In this document: in pieces, positions 18,546-26,887 of the stretch
Layout of the letters: each line of letters starts with the position of its first letter
Position numbering within the stretch: position 1 is the stretch's first letter
From: a virus
Strand: one strand, 5' to 3'
Length of the DNA: 38,406 nucleotides
UHGV virus genome: UHGV-0237655
Made by a program: the position numbers and the translations under genes
Notes under the pieces: generated by a model
The model's input: only the letters and a program-made list of their open reading frames with translations
Database searches by the model: none
What the model was told of the DNA's origin: nothing

Positions 18546-18911
18546 TAAGCTCTCTGCGAGCTTCTCTAGGACTTCCCATTCATTTTCATCCAGCTTGGCA
18601 AGAGCTTCTACTAATCTTTTCTTAAATGTATTATCTTCCATTATAAGATCAGTAGCAAAGTCTGTAATCAGCTGGTTTCTTGTTAATGGTACAAACATTT
18701 CACCGTTTCCGGTTCTTAACCATTCTTCGCTTACATTAAATTTTTCACACATCAACCTATAAATCGGTTCCTGTTTCTCCGGATTTTTCAAACGATTATT
18801 TTCAATATTATTTATAACGTCTCTTTTTACTCCAAGAGTTTCACCGAATTCAGTCTGTGTCATATGTAATTGTTCAGTTCGGAGGAGCTTTATTCTCTCG
18901 AACATTTCCAT
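18531..18911 (-). CDS. CI-like phage repressor (XRE HTH, no S24 peptidase domain)
   Basis: 126 aa. HTH LHMTQTEFGETLGVKRDVINNIENN. AAGGAGGTGATATA precedes the ATG. Divergent from the early operon. Confidence 0.75.
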   Translation of the reverse strand: MEMFERIKLLRTEQLHMTQTEFGETLGVKRDVINNIENNRLKNPEKQEPIYRLMCEKFNVSEEWLRTGNGEMFVPLTRNQLITDFATDLIMEDNTFKKRLVEALAKLDENEWEVLEKLAESLIKKD

Positions 18912-18934
18912 TATATCACCTCCTTGCGAAATAC

Positions 18935-18963
18935 ATTATATCATAATCTAGTGAGTTTATCAA
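18935..18963 (-). promoter_or_regulatory. repressor maintenance promoter (TTGATA-17-TATAAT on the minus strand)
   Basis: -35 is rc of 18958-18963, -10 is rc of 18935-18940. Overlaps operator O1. Confidence 0.5.
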
Positions 18964-18966
18964 CTC
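18953..18966. promoter_or_regulatory. operator O1 GAGTTtatcAACTC
   Basis: 5+4+5 palindrome; one of three copies around the divergent promoters. Confidence 0.5.
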
Positions 18967-18993
18967 AAAAATGAAATAAATTTCTTGAAAATA

Positions 18994-19007
18994 GAGTTGA
19001 CAAACTC
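18994..19007. promoter_or_regulatory. operator O2 GAGTTgacaAACTC
   Basis: Palindrome overlapping the -35 of the early promoter. Confidence 0.5.
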
Positions 19008-19025
19008 TGAAAAGGGGTGTATTAT
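18997..19025 (+). promoter_or_regulatory. early rightward promoter (TTGACA-17-TATTAT)
   Basis: Perfect -35, 17-nt spacer, 5/6 -10, directly upstream of the early gene block. Confidence 0.6.
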
Positions 19026-19039
19026 GAGTTTACAAGCTC
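19026..19039. promoter_or_regulatory. operator O3 GAGTTtacaAGCTC (one mismatch)
   Basis: Immediately downstream of the -10 of the early promoter. Confidence 0.4.
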
Positions 19040-19073
19040 AAACAACACAAAAACCAAAAGCGAGGAAATGAAA

Positions 19074-19262
19074 ATGAAATTATACGATATCATAATGGCG
19101 GCGGATGCCGACACCAGTATCACAGTAAGAATCAAACTGTATGGTGCAAAGTTTGAAACAACACACTATGCGGAATGGTTTTTGGAAAATGATGATCTGA
19201 TGGAGAGACGTATTGTTGATCTAAGAGTTTTCAAAGATACATTGATTTTAGACCTTGAATAA
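19074..19262 (+). CDS. small early protein (62 aa)
   Basis: GAGGAA 6 nt before ATG 19074. The GTG at 19017 in the ORF track overlaps the promoter -10 and is rejected. Confidence 0.4.
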   Translation: MKLYDIIMAADADTSITVRIKLYGAKFETTHYAEWFLENDDLMERRIVDLRVFKDTLILDLE

Positions 19263-19304
19263 ATATTGAAGCTGACCTATCGGCTACGGGGAGAAAGCGA
19301 GAAA

Positions 19305-19514
19305 ATGAAAATGACAAAAACAATGATTAGCGAGTTAAACAAAATAGCGCAGGAGGATTTTGACAAAGCACAGTTAATGCTTGACGGCATCAACCTTGTA
19401 CTCGGAACAAAATACGGATGGTTGAATAGAAGAGTAGTTTTCTTTGACGAACCGGACAAATCTGCTTGTATCAAATATAGAAATGCACATGACGCTTATG
19501 CATATGCAGAATAA
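19305..19514 (+). CDS. hypothetical early protein (69 aa)
   Basis: ATG after GGGGAGAAAGCGAGAAA. Preceded by a 30-nt element repeated before the next gene. Confidence 0.45.
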   Translation: MKMTKTMISELNKIAQEDFDKAQLMLDGINLVLGTKYGWLNRRVVFFDEPDKSACIKYRNAHDAYAYAE

Positions 19515-19561
19515 ATAACAAACGCTGACCTATCGGCTATACAGGGAGAAAGAGGAAGAAC

Positions 19562-19795
19562 ATGTTGAAAAAAGCAAAGCATAATCAAAAAACAAGAGAT
19601 TGGTACGTTAAGCTTGTAAAGGGCTTGCCGCTTGAGAAGAAAATAGAATATATGAAAATAGCAGAAAGGCAAAAATACAACTACTATTGCGATTGCTCTG
19701 ACGGATGGACAACAGAGCAATGTATTGAGTACGAATCGCAATGGAATGAAATTATCGAAATGCTGAATGAATTAGAGGAAGAACAAAAAGCATAG
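19562..19795 (+). CDS. hypothetical early protein (77 aa)
   Basis: AGAGGAAGAA RBS. Cys-containing C-terminal half. Confidence 0.45.
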   Translation: MLKKAKHNQKTRDWYVKLVKGLPLEKKIEYMKIAERQKYNYYCDCSDGWTTEQCIEYESQWNEIIEMLNELEEEQKA

Positions 19796-19890
19796 CCGGA
19801 CACCGTTCCGGCACTGTAATGCAGCCGAAGCCGGTTCCAAGCCCGGAAGATGCAGAGGACAGAATATAAGGAAAGGAAGGTAAAACATTC

Positions 19891-20148
19891 ATGAAACTTA
19901 AAAAGAGATTAGATAATCTCGAGAGAAAAAGTTTTTATTACGATTACATTACAAAAAAGTACATATCGGATAAAAACTTATTTGATGAGTTCGACAAAAT
20001 TGATTCTGAATTTAGAATTTCAGAATTAGAAAAGCGAGCAGATAAAAACAGTACCTGCCCGCTGTGGATTATCTTATTCCACGCAATCTCCGCTCTAATG
20101 TTGCTTGTTGTTCAGCTTTTTTTGAAACTTCGCCGGCCAAGTCATTAG
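19891..20148 (+). CDS. hypothetical protein (85 aa)
   Basis: Charged coiled N-terminal 55 aa. The 3' end overlaps a convergent minus-strand ORF. Confidence 0.35.
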   Translation: MKLKKRLDNLERKSFYYDYITKKYISDKNLFDEFDKIDSEFRISELEKRADKNSTCPLWIILFHAISALMLLVVQLFLKLRRPSH

Positions 20149-20272
20149 ATCTGAGAATTCGAATTAAAGAGTCTGTTAAAACTTCTTCTAATTCGGATCT
20201 TGTAATCGTTTCATTTTTACAACATGTATTCACACAGTCGGAAACGATATTTTTAATAGTTGTATCAAGCAT
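20069..20272 (-). CDS. minus-strand small protein (67 aa) inside the early operon
   Basis: Strong RBS AAAGGAGAATAGTT then ATG on the minus strand. Protein-like composition. Confidence 0.4.
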   Translation of the reverse strand: MLDTTIKNIVSDCVNTCCKNETITRSELEEVLTDSLIRILRSNDLAGEVSKKAEQQATLERRLRGIR

Positions 20273-20396
20273 AACTATTCTCCTTTCATAATACTCGGTG
20301 CTGCAACACCTGTATTTACAGTATAGGAGATAAACGAAAAGAAAGCAATCCCGCCACGGAGGTTACGACGGCAGTAAAAATAGGAGGTAAAAGGTA

Positions 20397-21113
20397 TTGA
20401 ACGAATTACAACAGAAATTAGACAGCCGGGAAGTGGCTGAGATGGTTGGAAAGAAACACAAGAATTTGTTAGCCGATATTCGTGTATATGTATCCGAATT
20501 AGGAGAGCTGAAAATTCAGCCCACCGATTTCTTTACAGAATCCACGTATACGACAGCACAAAATAAAACGATGCCGTGCTACTTAATCACAAAAGACGGG
20601 TGTGAGTTAATTGCTCATAAGCTTACTGGAATTAAAGGAACAGAGTTCACAGCAAAATACATCAAGCGATTCCACGAAATGGAAGACATCATCAAAGAAC
20701 ACATTCCACAGGGCAAAGAACTCCTCGCACTGGCGGTCTTAGAAGCGCAGAAGACAATCGAAGAGCAGACAGCGCAAATTGAGGAAATGAAGCCGAAAGC
20801 GATATTTGCGGATGCTGTCGCTACCAGTCATACATCCATCTTAATCGGCGATCTGGCGAAGATTTTGAAACAGAACGGCGTTGAAACAGGGCAGAAGCGC
20901 TTATTTGAGTGGTTGCGTGAAAATGGGTATCTGAGTAAGAGAAAAGGAACGGAATGGAACTCGCTCACACAGAAATCCATGAATTTAGGGCTGTTTGAAG
21001 TGAAAGAGACAACAGCTATGAATCCAGATGGTTCCGTTCGGATTAACAAAACCACAAAAGTAACCGGCAAAGGACAGCAGTATTTTATCAACAAATTCCT
21101 GAATGTAGCATAG
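20397..21113 (+). CDS. phage antirepressor (Rha/AntA-like N-terminal domain, KilA-C-like C-terminal region)
   Basis: TTG start after GGAGG. N-terminus ...EVAEMVGKKHKNLLADIR... resembles Phage_pRha. The repressor lacks an autocleavage domain, consistent with antirepressor control. Confidence 0.55.
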   Translation: MNELQQKLDSREVAEMVGKKHKNLLADIRVYVSELGELKIQPTDFFTESTYTTAQNKTMPCYLITKDGCELIAHKLTGIKGTEFTAKYIKRFHEMEDIIKEHIPQGKELLALAVLEAQKTIEEQTAQIEEMKPKAIFADAVATSHTSILIGDLAKILKQNGVETGQKRLFEWLRENGYLSKRKGTEWNSLTQKSMNLGLFEVKETTAMNPDGSVRINKTTKVTGKGQQYFINKFLNVA

Positions 21114-21122
21114 GAGGTACAC

Positions 21123-21281
21123 ATGAGCGAAAAAGAAAAAGAAATCATTAGAAAAGTAGCACACGCGCTTCCGGATATGTCCGATATGGATAAAGGGTAT
21201 TTTTTAGGATTTGCAGAAGCTATGGCATCACAGAAAAACCAGAAAAACGATGAAGAAAATAAGAAGAAAGAAGATGTGTAG
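21123..21281 (+). CDS. 52-aa small protein
   Basis: GGAGGTACAC then ATG. Lys/Glu-rich C-terminus. Confidence 0.4.
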   Translation: MSEKEKEIIRKVAHALPDMSDMDKGYFLGFAEAMASQKNQKNDEENKKKEDV

Positions 21282-21328
21282 GACAACATACCTCGGACAA
21301 TCCATCTGGCATACATAATAGAGAGGTG

Positions 21329-21487
21329 ATGATTTTGATCGTAGAAACAGTAAAAGTAAAAAATGCAACAATCCGAGTACATGATGATTGTTATGTGGAT
21401 CGCACAGAAGAGGAAGTCAAAAAACTTATAGATGGATGTTGCCGGATTATTCAGGGAGCATTGATACGAAAAGAGAAAACCGCTTAG
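21329..21487 (+). CDS. 52-aa small protein
   Basis: GAGAGG RBS; the start may be TTG 21335. Confidence 0.3.
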   Translation: MILIVETVKVKNATIRVHDDCYVDRTEEEVKKLIDGCCRIIQGALIRKEKTA

Positions 21488-21508
21488 GCGGTAGAAGGGA
21501 GGACAAGC

Positions 21509-21697
21509 ATGGTAATTAAAGGAACTTACCATTGCCAGACTACCCACCACCCCAACACTTTGAATAGCTGGGATATCCGTTCCGTATCCGTAGAGCCGCC
21601 AGAAGAAAAGGACAAGCCCTACTGGCATAAGGTTGCAGTAGCTGTGATCGGGTTCGTGCTGGCGTTGATCGGATGGTGGCTGATATTTGGGTATTAA
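21509..21697 (+). CDS. small membrane protein (62 aa, C-terminal TM)
   Basis: GAAGGGAGGACAAGC then ATG. C-terminus VAVAVIGFVLALIGWWLIFGY. Confidence 0.45.
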   Translation: MVIKGTYHCQTTHHPNTLNSWDIRSVSVEPPEEKDKPYWHKVAVAVIGFVLALIGWWLIFGY

Positions 21698-21784
21698 AAA
21701 TGAGCACCTACAAAAAGGCTGGGGAGCCGTAGGTACTCAGGAAAAAATACGATTCTATATTAACAGATTTTAGGAGGATAAGCA

Positions 21785-21943
21785 ATGGAAAACAGAGAAA
21801 TCCCTGTAAATAGAGACGAATACGCCCGTCTTTGTGCACTTGACGGAAAAATGGATGCGCTGATCGGATACCTTGCAACCGAGGAATCGGAGCTTGTGTA
21901 CAAAAATGTTATAAAAGCAATTATCGGCATGGAGGACGAATGA
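21785..21943 (+). CDS. 52-aa small protein
   Basis: AGGAGGATAAGCA then ATG. Its stop overlaps the next start (ATGA). Confidence 0.4.
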   Translation: MENREIPVNRDEYARLCALDGKMDALIGYLATEESELVYKNVIKAIIGMEDE

Positions 21944-22155
21944 TGTATGTAGGTATCGGACCGGAGAAAGGAAAGAAAGTGAGCGATGAGGAAGCATTTT
22001 CCTACGCTTGCGATCGAATCAATAATGGAACCGAAAAAGAACAGGAAACATTTATGCAGATCATGAAAGAAGCTGAAAGTTTTTACATGGCAGTGATCGC
22101 AGTGGTTCTGTGGTACTTTTCTGGGAATTGGGTGCACGAGGAGGCGAAAACATGA
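21940..22155 (+). CDS. 71-aa small membrane protein
   Basis: Coupled start. C-terminal hydrophobic helix FYMAVIAVVLWYFSGNWV. Confidence 0.4.
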   Translation: MMYVGIGPEKGKKVSDEEAFSYACDRINNGTEKEQETFMQIMKEAESFYMAVIAVVLWYFSGNWVHEEAKT

Positions 22156-22313
22156 TTACGATGCAGCAGCGCAAGGAGAGAATTGGGGATTTGTTGGACG
22201 AGCGTCTCGGCATGATCGAGAACGGGGAGGTGAATACATATTATCAGACTAGGGATATCGCAAATCTAACACAGGCACTTTTAAATATTGTGAGAATTAT
22301 GAAGGAGGAATAA
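22152..22313 (+). CDS. 53-aa small protein
   Basis: GAGGAGG 7 nt before ATG 22152 (the ORF track start 22110 lacks an RBS). Confidence 0.4.
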   Translation: MITMQQRKERIGDLLDERLGMIENGEVNTYYQTRDIANLTQALLNIVRIMKEE

Positions 22314-22316
22314 AAA

Positions 22317-22973
22317 ATGGCAACACCAGTATTAATTATTGGCAAATCAGGAAGTGGGAAATCTACCAGTATGAGAAACTGTCAGAATGATGACTTTAAT
22401 CTTATCAGGGTTCTTAATAAGCCGCTACCATTTAAAGGGAAGGTGAATGGATGGTTTTCGGATGATTACCAGCAGATCATGAAATTATTGATTGCATCAA
22501 AAGCGGATTCTATTGTGATTGATGATGCTGGATATCTAATAACAAATCATTTTATGAGGGGGCACAGCTCAGCCGGAAAAGGAAATGGGGTATTCTCCCT
22601 GTACAATGACATTGGAGACTATTTCTGGAATTTAATCCAGTTTATTGTGACAAAAGTGCCAGAAAACAAAATCGTGTATATTATCATGCACGAAGAAAAA
22701 GACGAAGCAGGGGAAGTGAAACCAAAAACCATCGGGAAACTACTCGATGAAAAAGTTTGCATCGAAGGAATGTTCACGATAGTGCTTAGATGCATTGAGG
22801 AAGGCGGAAAGCATTTGTTTGTCACTCAAGCAAGCCAAGGAGCAGTAAGTAAATCTCCGATCGGAATGTTTGAGGATTTAACAATAGATAATGACCTACT
22901 GTTGGTCGATAAAAAAATTAGAGAATACTACGGATTGGCAAAAGGAGAAGAAAACAATGCAGAAACCAAATAA
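22317..22973 (+). CDS. AAA_24-type recombination/replication ATPase (Sak4-like)
   Basis: Walker A VLIIGKSGSGKST at the N-terminus, ~218 aa, typical size and position in phage replication modules. Confidence 0.65.
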   Translation: MATPVLIIGKSGSGKSTSMRNCQNDDFNLIRVLNKPLPFKGKVNGWFSDDYQQIMKLLIASKADSIVIDDAGYLITNHFMRGHSSAGKGNGVFSLYNDIGDYFWNLIQFIVTKVPENKIVYIIMHEEKDEAGEVKPKTIGKLLDEKVCIEGMFTIVLRCIEEGGKHLFVTQASQGAVSKSPIGMFEDLTIDNDLLLVDKKIREYYGLAKGEENNAETK

Positions 22974-23562
22974 TTTTGACAACACACAGGCACAGGGAGA
23001 ATTTACACCGGTAGAGCTTGGAGGGCATATCTTGATCATCAAGGAAGTTCTGGAAATGAAATCAAAGACAAATAAAGACATGATTAAGGTGTCTTTCGAC
23101 TTCGCACAAAATGATAGCCAGCCCGGATATTTCGAAAAAGCGTTTCGAGATGATATAAGACCGGATAAGAAATGGCCGGCAAACGGAACTACATATATTT
23201 TAACCGAGGATCAGAATGGTGATTGCAGCAAATCTTTCAAGACATTTATCACATCTGTTGAGAAGTCAAATCCGGGGTTCGCGGTGAATTGGGGCGATGG
23301 ATTTGCGGAATGTTTTAAAAACAAGTTGGCTGGAGCGGTGTTTGGCATTGTAAATGATTATTACAATGGAAGGAACATTGCAAAGCACCAACTCCGCTGG
23401 TTCAGAAGCGCAGAAGGAGTGAAAGACGCTGATATCCCTGCGGAAATCGAAACAAGGGCATATAAGGATAATAATGGAGCGTCTGCAGCAGCGCCGCCGA
23501 TCGGATCTGATGGATTTATGAATATTCCGGATGGCATCGATGAAGAATTGCCATTTAATTAG
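22957..23562 (+). CDS. DUF669-like protein (usual partner of AAA_24 ATPase)
   Basis: AAAGGAGAAGAAAACA then ATG at 22957. Synteny-based call. Confidence 0.4.
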   Translation: MQKPNNFDNTQAQGEFTPVELGGHILIIKEVLEMKSKTNKDMIKVSFDFAQNDSQPGYFEKAFRDDIRPDKKWPANGTTYILTEDQNGDCSKSFKTFITSVEKSNPGFAVNWGDGFAECFKNKLAGAVFGIVNDYYNGRNIAKHQLRWFRSAEGVKDADIPAEIETRAYKDNNGASAAAPPIGSDGFMNIPDGIDEELPFN

Positions 23563-23564
23563 AG

Positions 23565-24083
23565 GTGAGACAGATGGATATACAGATTGACAGCAGGGAA
23601 AAAGCAAGGGCGATTCGAAAGATCGTGAAGACTTTTGATGATAATGGAGTCAAGCATTTTTCCAGCAAATTATTAGTTGGGGATTACATGTCTTTGGACA
23701 ATCCCCGGCTCATAATCGACAGAAAGCAAAATCTCCAAGAGTTATGCGGAAATGTCTGCCAGCAGCACGAAAGATTTAAAAAGGAACTGCTTAAGGCTAT
23801 GGATGCAGGAATACAGTTGATCATACTGATTGAGCACGGGAAGGATATCAAAAGCATCGAGGATGTGTATTTTTGGAAAAATCCAAGAAAACATGAAGTA
23901 CGATGGCGCACTGTGAACGGAAAGAAGGAGAGGTATGTAGCATCTTCTAAAGCAGTCGATGGGAATCAGCTATACAAGTCCCTTTGCACAATTAGAGATC
24001 GGTATAACGTGAGGTTTGAATTCTGTGAGAAGAATGATACCGGAAAGAAAATTATTGAGTTATTGAGCGAAAGACATGAATAG
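23565..24083 (+). CDS. ERCC4-type nuclease (Hef/Mus81/XPF family), putative recombination-intermediate resolvase
   Basis: IQIDSREKA ... LLVGDYMSL ... LIIDRKQNLQEL matches the ERCC4 motifs VDxRE, GDY and ERK(x3)D. Confidence 0.55.
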   Translation: MRQMDIQIDSREKARAIRKIVKTFDDNGVKHFSSKLLVGDYMSLDNPRLIIDRKQNLQELCGNVCQQHERFKKELLKAMDAGIQLIILIEHGKDIKSIEDVYFWKNPRKHEVRWRTVNGKKERYVASSKAVDGNQLYKSLCTIRDRYNVRFEFCEKNDTGKKIIELLSERHE

Positions 24084-24567
24084 AGAAGAGATTAAACATT
24101 CATACAGCATGAGGGAGATTGTGGAGAGATATGGGTTCCATGTGAATCGGGCGGGGTTTATTCACTGCCCGTTCCACAAGGGAGACAAGGGAGCATCATT
24201 AAAAATCTACCCAGACAGCTTCCATTGTTTCGGATGCGGAGCAAGCGGAGATATCTTTACATTCGTGCAGCTGATTGATCATGTTGATTTCAAAGAAGCG
24301 TTTCAGAGTCTCGGTGGAACCTATGAAAAGCCAACATTCCAGTCGAAACTGGCAATATATAGGAGCCAGAAGAAAGCAGAACAGAGAAAGCGAGAAGAGG
24401 AAAAGCTCCGGAGAAAAAGGGAGCTGAACAATGTTCTGATTGATGTGTACCGCGATTATATGAATAAATCAGAACCGTTCAGCGAGGTATGGTGCGATTG
24501 CTGCAATGCGTTGCAGTACCAGTTATATTTGCATGAAATATTAAACAGAGAAGAGGTGAGGAAATGA
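24076..24567 (+). CDS. CHC2 zinc-finger primase-like protein
   Basis: HCPFHKGDKGASLKIYPDSFHCFGCGASGDIFTFV is the DnaG-type CHC2 zinc finger signature. Confidence 0.65.
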   Translation: MNREEIKHSYSMREIVERYGFHVNRAGFIHCPFHKGDKGASLKIYPDSFHCFGCGASGDIFTFVQLIDHVDFKEAFQSLGGTYEKPTFQSKLAIYRSQKKAEQRKREEEKLRRKRELNNVLIDVYRDYMNKSEPFSEVWCDCCNALQYQLYLHEILNREEVRK

Positions 24568-26423
24568 GGGAAATGAACGAATTCGATGCAGACAGCATAC
24601 TGGATGATGAAGTTTTCATCGAATTATTTGAAATGGAAGATCCGATTCTCCGATCAAAGACAAAAGTGCAGCTCATCAGAAGAGCGAAACAGCTAGGCGT
24701 CAAGTCGGATTTTGAAGAGATTTTGAAAGGATACAATCAGGCTGACCGAGAAATGAAGAGACAGGAACGGGAAAACAGAACTGTCTGCACAGTAGATAAC
24801 TATACGAATTTCACAGGACCTCACGATCGTATGTATTGCGGCGCCTGGATTGCGGATGATCGCGGCGTGTTCGCACAGAATTCCGGAAGGGTTGATGAAG
24901 TGGCTTGCTACCACCCAATCCTGCCAGTAGAGCGGCTGCGAAACTTGGAGACCGGGGAAGAGCAAATAAAACTGTCGTACAGGCGAAATAATCAGTGGCA
25001 CGATATTGTGGTTCCAAAAACGATGATCACATCAGCGAATAAGATCGTGGCATTATCCGGAAGAGGGATTGCAGTTACGTCAGAAAATGCAAAATTGCTG
25101 GTTAAATATCTGGCGGACGTAGAAAACGGAAATGATGACTACATAGACGTGCAATATTCCACCAGTAAACTTGGGTGGATCAATGATCAGTTTATCCCCT
25201 ATGACACTGATATTATTTTTGATGGGGACAATCGGTTTAAGCAGACCTTTGAAAGCGTGTCGGAGCATGGAAGTTTCGATGTGTGGTTGAATCACGTTCG
25301 AGAACTGAGGGAAACTGGAAGAATGGAGGTAAAATTCCTGTTGGCTGCATCATTCGCAAGTGTACTAGTTCATGTCTTGGGCGGACTTCCATTTTTTGTC
25401 GATCTGTGGGGAGAGACAGAGGGAGGAAAGACGGTATCTTTAATGGTCGCAGCTTCCGTGTGGGCGAATCCAGACGAAAGTAGGTATATTGGAGACTTCA
25501 AAACAACGGATGTTGCACTGGAAGCGAAAGCGGATATGTTAAATAATTTACCAATGTTTCTGGATGATACAAGCAAAACATCAGCGAGAATCAGGGATAA
25601 CTTCGAGGGAATTGTTTATGATCTGTGTTCCGGAAAAGGAAAGAGCCGGTCAAACAAAGACCTCGGAATCAATCGAGAGAATCGGTGGCGGAATGTAATG
25701 ATCTGCAATGGTGAGAGACCGCTTAGCAGCTATGTCAGTCAGGGCGGTGCGATTAACAGAATTCTGGAGGTTGAGTGTGGTGAAAAGATTTATCAGGATC
25801 CTCAGAAGACAGCGGAAACGGTAAAACGGAATTACGGACATGCGGGCAAGAAGTTCGTGGAAATCATCAAAGAAATGGGAGAAGATGAAATTCGTTCTAT
25901 CCAGAAAGAGTTTCAGAAGGAATTGTTTAACACGGATAAGATGCAGAAGCAGAGTATTTCACTTTCTATCGTTCTGACAGCCGATAAAATAGCCACAGAT
26001 CTGATTTTTAAAGATGGGCAGTATATTTCAATGGACGAAGCGAAACAGGTGCTTATAGACCGAAATGAGCTGTCTGACAATGAGCGGTGCTATCACTTCA
26101 TTCAGGACAAAGTAGCGATGAACGGTCAGAGATTCGACTCCGTAACGAACTGTGAAAAATGGGGGATTCTTGAAAACGGGTATGCGATATTCTATAACTC
26201 GGCATTCGATCAAATTTGTAAGGAAGGCGGATTTTCAAAGAAATCATTCCTCTCATGGGCGGATAAGAAGTGCCTTATTCAGACACAAAGCGGGCAACAG
26301 ACCAAGGTTAAGAAGATTAACGGAACAAGTGCGAGATGCGTCTGGTTGAAATTGGATGAGAATATGGATTCTGACGGATTTGTAAAGGTTGAGGATGCGC
26401 AAGAAGAGCTTCCGTTTAAGTAA
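24564..26423 (+). CDS. DUF927/P-loop NTPase replication protein (primase-associated helicase-like)
   Basis: 619 aa. Walker A-like GETEGGKT and Walker B-like MFLDD. Coupled to the zinc-finger gene. Confidence 0.5.
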   Translation: MREMNEFDADSILDDEVFIELFEMEDPILRSKTKVQLIRRAKQLGVKSDFEEILKGYNQADREMKRQERENRTVCTVDNYTNFTGPHDRMYCGAWIADDRGVFAQNSGRVDEVACYHPILPVERLRNLETGEEQIKLSYRRNNQWHDIVVPKTMITSANKIVALSGRGIAVTSENAKLLVKYLADVENGNDDYIDVQYSTSKLGWINDQFIPYDTDIIFDGDNRFKQTFESVSEHGSFDVWLNHVRELRETGRMEVKFLLAASFASVLVHVLGGLPFFVDLWGETEGGKTVSLMVAASVWANPDESRYIGDFKTTDVALEAKADMLNNLPMFLDDTSKTSARIRDNFEGIVYDLCSGKGKSRSNKDLGINRENRWRNVMICNGERPLSSYVSQGGAINRILEVECGEKIYQDPQKTAETVKRNYGHAGKKFVEIIKEMGEDEIRSIQKEFQKELFNTDKMQKQSISLSIVLTADKIATDLIFKDGQYISMDEAKQVLIDRNELSDNERCYHFIQDKVAMNGQRFDSVTNCEKWGILENGYAIFYNSAFDQICKEGGFSKKSFLSWADKKCLIQTQSGQQTKVKKINGTSARCVWLKLDENMDSDGFVKVEDAQEELPFK

Positions 26424-26647
26424 AAAGTTACAAGTTACACTGGTTACAAGCAAAAATCACGCTTATATAAGAGTACTAAAAATAAGATATATATCATTAA
26501 ATTCTCTCTATATAGGAAGAACGCTTGTAACTTTGTAACCAGTCATTAAAAACGCTTAAAAACGTGTCAACCGCGGGGATTTTTAGGGGTACAAAAAAAT
26601 GTAACTTAGAATAAATTTTTGTAATTTTAGTAACGAATGGAGCGAAT
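26424..26647. repeat. candidate replication origin: GTTACAAG/CTTGTAAC iteron cluster with an AT-rich core
   Basis: GTTACAAGTTACA and GTTACAAG at 26427-26450. Inverted CTTGTAAC and TTTGTAAC at 26524-26539. TGTAAC-like copies at 26600-26636. AAAAACG direct repeats. AT-rich 26461-26520. Immediately downstream of the replication genes. Confidence 0.45.
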
Positions 26648-26851
26648 ATGCACGAAAAAATAACAGATATCCAGAATTTGTTCTGGAAAGCATATAAAAA
26701 TTATAAGGGTACCGGATCAATGAGTCAATACAATGCAGATGTCGATGGGATTATTGAGAAGTACAGGGATGATCATGCTATGTTGAATTTCTGCAAAAAC
26801 TTGGCAATATCATGGGCGCCGGTTATTAACAAAATGAAAGAAGATGATTAA
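26648..26851 (+). CDS. hypothetical protein (67 aa)
   Basis: GGAG RBS; protein-like composition. Confidence 0.4.
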   Translation: MHEKITDIQNLFWKAYKNYKGTGSMSQYNADVDGIIEKYRDDHAMLNFCKNLAISWAPVINKMKEDD

Positions 26852-26887
26852 ATGTAAGAAAGAAAAAGGGACCTATACGAGCCGTAT

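Noticed and set aside
19017-19073. GTG start at 19017 for the first early ORF
   Set aside because: It lies inside the -10 of the early promoter. ATG 19074, preceded by GAGGAA at optimal spacing, is the credible start.
20828-21628. 266-aa minus-strand ORF
   Set aside because: Overlaps the antirepressor and four RBS-supported plus-strand small genes. Hydrophobic low-complexity translation.
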